A stretch of 64,000 bases of DNA from Methanothrix sp. Its GTDB lineage: Archaea > Halobacteriota > Methanosarcinia > Methanotrichales > Methanotrichaceae. Positions 38,266 through 46,022 of this stretch are shown here, in pieces (positions within the stretch are counted from its first letter, which is position 1; the number at the start of each line of letters is the position of its first letter). The stretch covers positions 9,961-73,960 of the forward strand of contig DAOSXX010000006.1 of NCBI GenBank assembly GCA_035380685.1, written 5' to 3'. A program made the translations under genes and the position numbers. The notes beneath the pieces were generated by a model. It was not told where the DNA came from and made no database searches. It saw nothing but the letters and a program-made list of their open reading frames with translations.

Positions 38266-39993
38266 CTACCGTATCGACATCCAAATCCGCTCCCTAGCCT
38301 GATAAGGACGTATCTCTTCAAGCCTAGCCGCTGAGACGAAGGGCTTGGGATCGAAGGATGTCATGCCTCTCCTGCCGAATACGACGTAAGGCTCATCACC
38401 GAAATCGTCGCCGTTTTGGTCCACACCCACATAGTCACCGTAGAAGTTGCCGAGCCACTTGTTCTCTCCCGTGTTGTCCCTGACGTTGAACTTCTGGTTA
38501 TCGGAGATCATATTGCCCGTGATCAGGTTCATCGCGCCATCGGACACGTAAAACCCACCGCCTCCGTTCTGCCGGACAACGTTGTACATGAGAGCGTTCA
38601 ATGTAGCCCCATCAATCAGCTGGACGCCGTAATCGCTGTTATTCTGGATATAGTTCCCAAATATCGCAGAATGTACCGACTCTAATACGTGAATCCCGTC
38701 CTTCCCGTTGTCGCGGATATCATTGACCCAGATCCTGCTCTCGTCACATCTCTTCATCTGGACACCGTCGTTGGTGTTGTTGTGGATCTCGTTCTCGGAT
38801 AAAACGACGGTATCTACGTACTCCAGGCTGAGGCCAAAGTAGTTGTGGCATATTTCATTGAAGATTATGGAGTTATTTCCACAACGGACCATTACGATGC
38901 CGTTCAAGTTGTCATGCACTCGATTGGCCTTGATGAAGTTGGAGTTGCTCTCCTCAATGTAAAAACCATATCTGACGTTTCCATACACTTCGTTGTCAGT
39001 GACCAAAATCACGCCGCTGTCGTCTCTGAGCGAGAATCCGTTATTCCCGTTGAGAGATGCCTCGTTGTTGATCAGCGTGCTGAAATAAGATCCGTATACT
39101 CCGACGCCGTCGATGCCATTCTCGCTGATCCGGTTATTGGCGATCAAGTTGTCGTTGCTGCTTTTGATGACTAGGATCCCCTCTTCTCCGGAACCTTGGA
39201 CCTGGTTACCTATAACGAAGTTGGAGCTGGACTGGTACAGATTTATGCCGTTGAGTCCGTTTTCACGAATCTCGTTGTCCATCAGAGCGTTGGTTGTGGA
39301 GTCCATCAGGAATATTCCGTCTTCCCCGTTGAGTCGGATCTCATTTGAATCGATCTCGCTGGTAGTGGTGTTGATCATGTTGATCCCCACCTCGCCGTTC
39401 TCGTAAAGGCTGTTTGACGTCAGAGCATCATACACGCATCCCGAGAGCGTTATGCCGCATTTTCTATTGCCGAAGACTACGTTTCCGAGCAGCTGGCTGA
39501 AGTTGGACCCGGAAAGACAGATGCCGCAGTAGCCGTTGTCGTGGACGATATTTCCGGATATCAGGTCGTTTTCGGAGGAAAGCAGATGCAGGCCGAAACC
39601 CGACGAGCTGCTTATTGTATTGTTCAGTATCTTGCATCCGTCAGACGCGACGAGAACCGCGCCGGAGTCAAGGCTCGTGTCGATGCAGCCAGTGATCGTG
39701 AACCCTTCAAGGACGACGCCATCTGCAGTTATCTTGATCAGAGGGCTTGAAAGGCCAGAACCGTTGACGACGGGATCGCCTTCGCCTTTCAGGGAAACTG
39801 ATCTGTCCACCACGACGTTTTCGGCGTAAGTGCCGCTCTGGACGACTATTTCGTCGCCGGTCTCCGAGGCGTTTATCGCGTCCTGGATTTTCGTGAAGTT
39901 TCCGGCACCATCGACATCGACGACGACCATCGAGCCGGAGGCTGCACTCGCTAGCATCAGAATCAGCATCGTAGAAGCGGAGAATCTGAGCAT
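38266..39993 (-). CDS. Secreted NosD-like parallel beta-helix repeat protein, paralog 5 (class C)
   Basis: MLRFSASTMLILMLASAASGS... Ends ..GVDQNGDDFGDEPYVVFGRRGMTSFDPKPFVSAARLEEIRPYQ...*. SD GAGGTGAT. Confidence 0.92.
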   Translation of the reverse strand: MLRFSASTMLILMLASAASGSMVVVDVDGAGNFTKIQDAINASETGDEIVVQSGTYAENVVVDRSVSLKGEGDPVVNGSGLSSPLIKITADGVVLEGFTITGCIDTSLDSGAVLVASDGCKILNNTISSSSGFGLHLLSSENDLISGNIVHDNGYCGICLSGSNFSQLLGNVVFGNRKCGITLSGCVYDALTSNSLYENGEVGINMINTTTSEIDSNEIRLNGEDGIFLMDSTTNALMDNEIRENGLNGINLYQSSSNFVIGNQVQGSGEEGILVIKSSNDNLIANNRISENGIDGVGVYGSYFSTLINNEASLNGNNGFSLRDDSGVILVTDNEVYGNVRYGFYIEESNSNFIKANRVHDNLNGIVMVRCGNNSIIFNEICHNYFGLSLEYVDTVVLSENEIHNNTNDGVQMKRCDESRIWVNDIRDNGKDGIHVLESVHSAIFGNYIQNNSDYGVQLIDGATLNALMYNVVRQNGGGGFYVSDGAMNLITGNMISDNQKFNVRDNTGENKWLGNFYGDYVGVDQNGDDFGDEPYVVFGRRGMTSFDPKPFVSAARLEEIRPYQARERIWMSIR

Positions 39994-40023
39994 GTGAAAT
40001 CACCTCAACATATATAGTTACTC

Positions 40024-40049
40024 ATCATTAATTAAAATATGTTATTGCG
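40024..40049 (-). promoter_or_regulatory. Putative promoter of paralog 5, class II
   Basis: CGCAATAACATATTTTAATTAATGAT on the gene strand. It shares GCAATAAC.TATTT.AATT.ATGA with paralog 3. Confidence 0.55.
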
Positions 40050-40201
40050 GGTCGGTGGATATCCCGGGGGTCACAAGCTGCCCATCGTGCTCTCCGAGCA
40101 GGGACCTGGATTCGCACAACCGGGCAGGACTCTGCATTTGTCCTGTGGGAATCCAGGGTCTGTGGGGTCGCTGAAGGGGACTGAGGGCTGAAAGGCCCCG
40201 A

Positions 40202-41890
40202 TCAGTCGGGCCCGCCCCCCTCCAGCAACGCCCTCACCGCCACCGGGTGTAGATCGACGGCTACCGCCCCCCTTCGGCCCTGGATTGCATAGGGCTCGGC
40301 CCCGATCCCCCTGGTGCTCTCTGCCGAGTAGTCGCTGAAGAAGTTGGCGAACCACCAGTTGGTTTTCCCGTTGTCTCTGGCGTTGAAGTTCTGGTTATCT
40401 TCGAAGATGTTGCTGGTGATCCGGTTGGTCTCCCCCTCGTAAATGTAAATCCCGCCGCCACCGTTCTGCTGGACGAAGTTGTACATGAAAAGGGCCAGAG
40501 TGGTCTGATCCAGCACCTGGATTCCGTATTTGCTGTTGTTCGCGATCAGGTTCCTAGATACCGCGAGATTTTCTGATCCCGATACGTGAACCCCGTCGCC
40601 GCCGTTGTCGTGAATATCGTTCTCCCAGACCTTGCTCTGATCGCAGCTTGTAAGCTGGACGGCGTGATCTTTATTGTTGTGGACTTCGTTATTTGAGATG
40701 GAGACGCCATCGACGAACTCCATGCTGAACCCGAAACGGTTATCGTGGATCTTGTTGCTCTCCAGGACGTTGTCAGAGGAGCGGACCATGATGACGCCGT
40801 GAAGGTTGCCGTAGACGTCGTTGCCCTCCACGAAGTTTTTGTTGCTGTCTTCCAGGTAAAACCCGTACCGCTTGTTCTCGCTAATCTCGTTATCGGATAT
40901 CAGAATGCTGCTGCTGTTGTCGCGCAGAGATATACCGTTGTAACCGTTGTTGAATATCTCGTTTTGGGATAAAGTGCTGAAATAAGATCCGTATATGCCA
41001 ATTCCGTTGAGGCCGTTATCGCTAAGGATGTTCTCCATGATGATGTTGTTGTCGCTGAATCCTGTGACCAGAAGCCCTTCGTCTCCAGAGTTGTTGATTA
41101 TGTTCTTTATCAATAAGTTGTGCCTCGCCCGATCCAAGCTGACCCCATTTAGGCCGTTATCGCGGATCTCATTTTCCGCGATCGCGTTGTTTCCGGATTC
41201 TATGAGGTAGATGCCGTCTTCCCGGTTCAGGTTGACGCTGTTATAAACCAAGTCGATGTGGTTCGATCCGACTAGCTGGACTCCCACCTCCCCGTTCTCG
41301 CGAACCACGTTTATCGTCGCCTCGTCGCGCTCACAGCTCTCCAGAAGCATGCCCCACTTTCCGTTGTGGAACGCTTGGTTTCCAACCATCTGGCTGGAAT
41401 TTGCCCTGATGGCGCAGATGCCGCCGTATCCGTTGTCGTGGACTACGTTACCGTATACGAAGTGATTCCTGGAATCCCGAAGATAGAGGCCGTTGCCCGA
41501 CGAGCCGGATATGGTGTTGTTCAGAACCTTGGACCCGTCCGCCAGCACCAGAACCGCGCCGGCGTCGAAGCTGCCGTTGAGGCTGCCGGCGAATTTAAAA
41601 CCATCCAGGATGACGTTCTTCGAAGTTATGGTGATCAGAGGGACCGATGAGCCGCTGCCTTTGACGACGGGATCGCCTTCGCCCTTCAATACGACGGATC
41701 TATCCACCACGAGGTTCTCGGCGTAAGTTCCGTTGAGGACGACTATTTCGTCGCCGGTCTCTGAAGCGTTTATGGCATCCTGGATCGTCGTGAAATTCCC
41801 GGCGCCGTCGTCGTCGACGACGACCATCGCGCCGGAGGCGGAGCTCGCCATGATCAATATCAGAATCGCAGAGGCGGGGCACCTGAACAT
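40202..41890 (-). CDS. Secreted NosD-like parallel beta-helix repeat protein, paralog 6 (class A)
   Basis: MFRCPASAILILIMASSASGA... Ends ..SAESTRGIGAEPYAIQGRRGAVAVDLHPVAVRALLEGGGPD*. SD GGTGAT overlaps the GTG of the longest ORF. Confidence 0.92.
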   Translation of the reverse strand: MFRCPASAILILIMASSASGAMVVVDDDGAGNFTTIQDAINASETGDEIVVLNGTYAENLVVDRSVVLKGEGDPVVKGSGSSVPLITITSKNVILDGFKFAGSLNGSFDAGAVLVLADGSKVLNNTISGSSGNGLYLRDSRNHFVYGNVVHDNGYGGICAIRANSSQMVGNQAFHNGKWGMLLESCERDEATINVVRENGEVGVQLVGSNHIDLVYNSVNLNREDGIYLIESGNNAIAENEIRDNGLNGVSLDRARHNLLIKNIINNSGDEGLLVTGFSDNNIIMENILSDNGLNGIGIYGSYFSTLSQNEIFNNGYNGISLRDNSSSILISDNEISENKRYGFYLEDSNKNFVEGNDVYGNLHGVIMVRSSDNVLESNKIHDNRFGFSMEFVDGVSISNNEVHNNKDHAVQLTSCDQSKVWENDIHDNGGDGVHVSGSENLAVSRNLIANNSKYGIQVLDQTTLALFMYNFVQQNGGGGIYIYEGETNRITSNIFEDNQNFNARDNGKTNWWFANFFSDYSAESTRGIGAEPYAIQGRRGAVAVDLHPVAVRALLEGGGPD

Positions 41891-42185
41891 CGGAATCACC
41901 TATTTCATGTATACTTAATCCTGATTAATTTAAATAGGTTATTCCAGGGTCAGAGGAAATATGTGAGGAGAAGAGGGAAGGCCGATATTCTTGGGGCGAC
42001 CTTCGTCGCCGTCCGGAGGACTCCGGGGCTGAGATCTCCGACGCGAACCTGGAAATCTCGCCATGGCGCGGTTAACCCCCATCCGCTCGTCGAAGCCGAC
42101 ATGACCCGTGCCACGATGAGCTTCGATCTGAAGGGATGAGAGTGGTCCAAAAAACGGAGCTAAACTCTCCCACCCTCCAGCCATT
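41613..42185 (-). repeat. Segmental duplicate, copy 1 (paralog 6 5' CDS, promoter/leader, and paralog 7 3' end)
   Basis: Aligns with 43571-44145 at a constant offset of 1958 bp. Very high identity across the first 280 bp or so of CDS and about 240 bp of upstream sequence. Confidence 0.85.
41921..41949 (-). promoter_or_regulatory. Putative promoter of paralog 6, class I
   Basis: CCCTGGAATAACCTATTTAAATTAATCAG on the gene strand. Confidence 0.6.
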
Positions 42186-43848
42186 CCGGCGTCACGAAGG
42201 GTTTGGGGTCGACGGACATGGCCCCCCGACGCCCATAGATCAGATGGGGTTCATCGCCAACCTCGTCTCCGTCGAGATCTTTGCCCGAATAGTCGCTGTA
42301 GAAGTTGCCCAGCCATACATTTCCGCCGTTGTCTCTGGCGTTGAATTTCTGGTTCTCAGAGAGGATGTTGCCGGACATCATGTTCATCTGAGCTTCATAA
42401 AGATAAATGCCTCCGGCACCGTTGCCAAGGATTGAGTTATACATGAACAGGTTCTGTGCGCTAAAATCCATTAATTGGATGCCGTATCCGTCATTGTTCC
42501 ATATGTCGTTGTTGGAGACGGTCGTGTTTTCCGATCCTGATACGTGAATACCGTCCCTGCCGTTTCCGTTTATTTCGTTCGCCCAGATCTTGCTCTGATC
42601 GCAGCGAACCACCTGCACGCCGGCATCGGTGTTATTATAAATGCCATTCTCGGATATGACGATCTCGTTTATGAACTCCAGGCTTAAGCCGAAACGATTG
42701 CTGTAGACCTCATTAGACACCAGGGTGTTGTTGTAGGAGCGCGCCATCACGACCCCGTTCATGTTTTCGTAGATCTCATTATTCTGAAGGAAGTTTGAGC
42801 TGCTGTCCTCCAAGTTAAGACCGTACCTAGCATTTCCGTGGACCTTGTTGTTGTAAACAAGAGAGCTGCCGGTGCCGTCCCGCAAGGAGATGCCGTTGTA
42901 ACTGTTGTTGAAGAGATCGTTATTCGAGATGGTGGTAACATGACATCCGTATATCCCGATGCCGTTGATACCATTATCGGAAATTATATTTTTGGAGATC
43001 ACGTTGTTGTCGCTGGATTCAACCAGCATCAGCCCCACTTCGCCGCAGTTATGTATCACGTTGCCCACTAAGAAGACTCTGCTGGTTCGCTGCAGGTCTA
43101 TGCCGTTGAGGCCGTTCTCATGAATCTCATTTTCTATAAATATGATGTAATTGGAGTTCATCATGTGGATTCCGTCTTCCGCATTGTCGTAAATCTTGTT
43201 TCCGACAAACATGTTGCGTATCGAGCTGTGATCGTGAATCCCCACCTCCCCGTTCCCATGGACGTCATTTGCGGTCAGCTCGTTGAACTGGCAATCTTCC
43301 AAATCCACGCCCCATTTTCTATTTCTGAATATTTCATTTCCGACCATCCTGCTGAAATTGGCCCCTATGACACAGACGCCTCCTTCCAAGTTGTCGTAGA
43401 TCACGTTCCCGGATACGAAGTGATCCCTGGAATCGCGGAGACAGAGGCCGTGACCTGGTGCCCGATATACTGTGTTGTTCAAAAACCGGCACCCGTCAGC
43501 TAGCACCAGCACAGCATCATAATTCAACCCGTCGTTTATGCTGCCGGAGAAGGTGAGCCCTTCCAGTGTTACGTTCTTCGAAGTTACGGTGATCAGAGGG
43601 CCCGAAAGGCCCGAGCCTTTGACGACGGGATCGCCTTCGCCCTTCAATACAATCGACCTGCCCACCACGAGGTTCTCGGGGTAAGTTCCGTTGAGAACGA
43701 CTATTTCGTCGCCGGTCTCTGAAGCGTTTATGGCTTCCTGGATCGTCGTGAAATTCCCGGCGCCGTCGTCGTCGACGACGACCATCGCGCCGGAAACAAC
43801 GCTCGCCATGATCAATATCAGAATCGCAGAGGCGGGGCATCTGAACAT
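42160..43848 (-). CDS. Secreted NosD-like parallel beta-helix repeat protein, paralog 7 (class B)
   Basis: The first 90 aa or so are nearly identical to paralog 6. Ends ..GKDLDGDEVGDEPHLIYGRRGAMSVDPKPFVTPEWLEGGRV*. Confidence 0.92.
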   Translation of the reverse strand: MFRCPASAILILIMASVVSGAMVVVDDDGAGNFTTIQEAINASETGDEIVVLNGTYPENLVVGRSIVLKGEGDPVVKGSGLSGPLITVTSKNVTLEGLTFSGSINDGLNYDAVLVLADGCRFLNNTVYRAPGHGLCLRDSRDHFVSGNVIYDNLEGGVCVIGANFSRMVGNEIFRNRKWGVDLEDCQFNELTANDVHGNGEVGIHDHSSIRNMFVGNKIYDNAEDGIHMMNSNYIIFIENEIHENGLNGIDLQRTSRVFLVGNVIHNCGEVGLMLVESSDNNVISKNIISDNGINGIGIYGCHVTTISNNDLFNNSYNGISLRDGTGSSLVYNNKVHGNARYGLNLEDSSSNFLQNNEIYENMNGVVMARSYNNTLVSNEVYSNRFGLSLEFINEIVISENGIYNNTDAGVQVVRCDQSKIWANEINGNGRDGIHVSGSENTTVSNNDIWNNDGYGIQLMDFSAQNLFMYNSILGNGAGGIYLYEAQMNMMSGNILSENQKFNARDNGGNVWLGNFYSDYSGKDLDGDEVGDEPHLIYGRRGAMSVDPKPFVTPEWLEGGRV

Positions 43849-44145
43849 CGGAATCACCTATCTGATGTATACTTGATCCTGATTAATTTAAATAGGTTAT
43901 TCCAGGGTCAGAGGAAAGATGTGAGGAAGAAGGAGGAAGGCCGATCTTCTTGGGGCGGCCTTCGCCGCCGTCCGGAGAGCTCCAGGGCCGAGATCTCCGA
44001 CGCGAGCCTGGAAATCTCGCCATGACACGGTTAACCCATCCGCTCGTCGAAGCCGACGTGACCCACGCCCCGATGAAGTGACGACCTGGAGGGATGAGAG
44101 GGATCCCAAACCGAAGCTAACCTCTCCCACACTCCAGCCCCTAAG
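43571..44145 (-). repeat. Segmental duplicate, copy 2 (paralog 7 5' CDS, promoter/leader, and a decayed class-B 3' end relic)
   Basis: See copy 1. The distal end (about 44118-44145) reads ..LECGRG* on the gene strand, a decayed copy of the paralog 7 terminus ..WLEGGRV*. Confidence 0.8.
43879..43907 (-). promoter_or_regulatory. Putative promoter of paralog 7, class I
   Basis: Identical 29-mer to the paralog 6 promoter block. Confidence 0.6.
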
Positions 44146-44247
44146 ACGAACCGTGTTCATCGGTCCTGAACCCATCTCACCGGCTATCGCAGGTACCTCC
44201 GGAAACGTTAAAGGCGCTCGTGGTTCAGGAGCGACAATTACGGCCAG

Positions 44248-45966
44248 CTAAACCCAGCTGGTGCCCTCCAACTCGGCGGGGCTTATCTCTTCCAGCGTGG
44301 CCGTCGAGATGATCGGCCTCGGATCGAAAGATTCCGCTCCCCTCCGCCCGTAGATGGCGTAAGGCTCGTCACCGAAACTGTCACCGTTGAGATCCTCTCC
44401 CGAATAGTCGCCGTAGAAGTTTCCAAGCCACTTATTCCCCACCATATTGTCCCTGACGTTGAACCTCTGGTTTTCTGCGATTATGTTGCCGGTGATGAGG
44501 TTTATATCGCCTTCATAGAAATAAAATCCGCCGCCAACATTGTTCCGGACGTTGTTGTACATGAAGGTATTCAGAGAGGACCAGTCCAACACCTGGACGC
44601 CGTAATCGCTATTGTTCAGAATGGTGTTCCCGAATATTACGGTATGTAGCGACTCCGATATGTGAATTCCGTCATTTCCGTTTTCGAGTATATCGTTCTC
44701 CCAGATCCTGCTCTCGTCGCATCTCTTCATCTGGAAGCCGTCGTTGGAGTTGTTGTAGATCTCGTTTTCGGATATGACGAAGCTTCTGACGAACTCCAGA
44801 CTGAGGCCATAATAGTTCTGGGATATTTCGTTGAGGGTGACATGGATATTTTCACAGCGGACCATTATGATGCCGTTCAAGTTGTCATGCACACGATTGG
44901 CTTTGATGAAGTTGGAGCCGCTGTCCTCAAGGCCGATACCGTACCTGAAGTTTCCGTAAACATCATTATTTGCGACCATCGTCCCGCCGCTGTAATCTCG
45001 AGAGTATATCCCGTTATCTTCGTTGAAAGATACTCTGTTATTGATTATCGTGCTGGAATAAGACCCGTATATCCCGATCCCGTTGATGCCATTCTCGCTG
45101 ATCAAGTTGCTGGAGATCAAGTTGTCGTCGGCCCGCTCGACGATGAGGATCCCCTCTTCTCCCGAGCCTTGGACCTCGTTACCTATAACGAAGTTGGCGG
45201 TGGAATGATACAGGTTTATGCCGTTGTGTTTGTTTTCGCGGATCTCGTTATCGATCAAAGCGTTGTTCATGGAGTTCTTCAGGAATATTCCATCCTCCTC
45301 ATTGAAGCGGATCTCGTTGAGACGGATCTCTCCGGTCGTGGAATTGACCACGTTGATCCCGACCTCGCCGTTCTCGTAGACCCGGTTTGCCGTCAGAGCA
45401 ACGTAATCGCAGCCGAAGAGCGTTATGCCGCACTTTCTATTGCCGAACGCCTCGTTTCCGAGCAGCTGGCTGAAGTTGGACCCGATAAGGCAGATGCCGC
45501 AGTGTCCGTTGTCGCGCGCGATATTTCCGGATACGATGTTGTTATCGGAATTTAGCAGAGAGAGGCCGTAGCCTGATGAGGAGCGTATGGTGTTGTTCAG
45601 AATCTTGCATTCGTCCGACTCGACAAGGACCGCGCTGGTGTCGAGGCCTTCGTCGATGCATCCATAAACGGTGAACCCGTCAAGGACGACGCCATCCGCA
45701 GCTATCCTGATCGGAGGGCTTGAAAGATCGCAGCCATCGACGACGGGGCCGTTTTCGCCCTTCAATACGATCGATCTGTCCACCACGACATTTTCGGGAT
45801 AAGTGCCGTTTTTGACGACTATTTCGTCGCCGATCTCGGAGGCGTTTATCGCATCCTGGATTTTCGTGAAGTTCCCGGCGCCGTCGTCGTCGACTACGAT
45901 TATCGAGCCAGAGGCTGCGCTCGCCAGGATCAAAATCAGCATCATCGAAACGGGGCATCTGAACAT
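44248..45966 (-). CDS. Secreted NosD-like parallel beta-helix repeat protein, paralog 8 (class C)
   Basis: MFRCPVSMMLILILASAASGS from the ATG at 45966 (SD GGTGAT). The longest ORF (to 46125) would overlap the upstream gene. Ends ..GEDLNGDSFGDEPYAIYGRRGAESFDPRPIISTATLEEISPAE...*. Confidence 0.92.
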   Translation of the reverse strand: MFRCPVSMMLILILASAASGSIIVVDDDGAGNFTKIQDAINASEIGDEIVVKNGTYPENVVVDRSIVLKGENGPVVDGCDLSSPPIRIAADGVVLDGFTVYGCIDEGLDTSAVLVESDECKILNNTIRSSSGYGLSLLNSDNNIVSGNIARDNGHCGICLIGSNFSQLLGNEAFGNRKCGITLFGCDYVALTANRVYENGEVGINVVNSTTGEIRLNEIRFNEEDGIFLKNSMNNALIDNEIRENKHNGINLYHSTANFVIGNEVQGSGEEGILIVERADDNLISSNLISENGINGIGIYGSYSSTIINNRVSFNEDNGIYSRDYSGGTMVANNDVYGNFRYGIGLEDSGSNFIKANRVHDNLNGIIMVRCENIHVTLNEISQNYYGLSLEFVRSFVISENEIYNNSNDGFQMKRCDESRIWENDILENGNDGIHISESLHTVIFGNTILNNSDYGVQVLDWSSLNTFMYNNVRNNVGGGFYFYEGDINLITGNIIAENQRFNVRDNMVGNKWLGNFYGDYSGEDLNGDSFGDEPYAIYGRRGAESFDPRPIISTATLEEISPAELEGTSWV

Positions 45967-45994
45967 CGGAATCACCAATGACGTATTCTTAATC

Positions 45995-46022
45995 CTGATT
46001 AAGTTAAATAGGTTGTTCCGGA
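45995..46022 (-). promoter_or_regulatory. Putative promoter of paralog 8, class I variant, overlapping the stop of the upstream giant gene
   Basis: CTCCGGAACAACCTATTTAACTTAATCAG on the gene strand. The TAA stop of the giant ORF (45999-46001) lies inside it. Confidence 0.5.

Noticed and set aside
41939-44175. 81-aa and 92-aa minus-strand ORFs in the duplicated leaders upstream of paralogs 6 and 7
   Set aside because: Although the DNA is about 85-90% identical, the two ORFs use different frames over most of their length, so no protein is conserved. I treat the region as non-coding duplicated sequence.
30642-46022. Regular periodicity of about 1.9 kb that could suggest a repeat array or CRISPR-like structure
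   Set aside because: The period corresponds to full-length protein-coding paralogs. There are no short direct repeats with unique spacers anywhere in the window.
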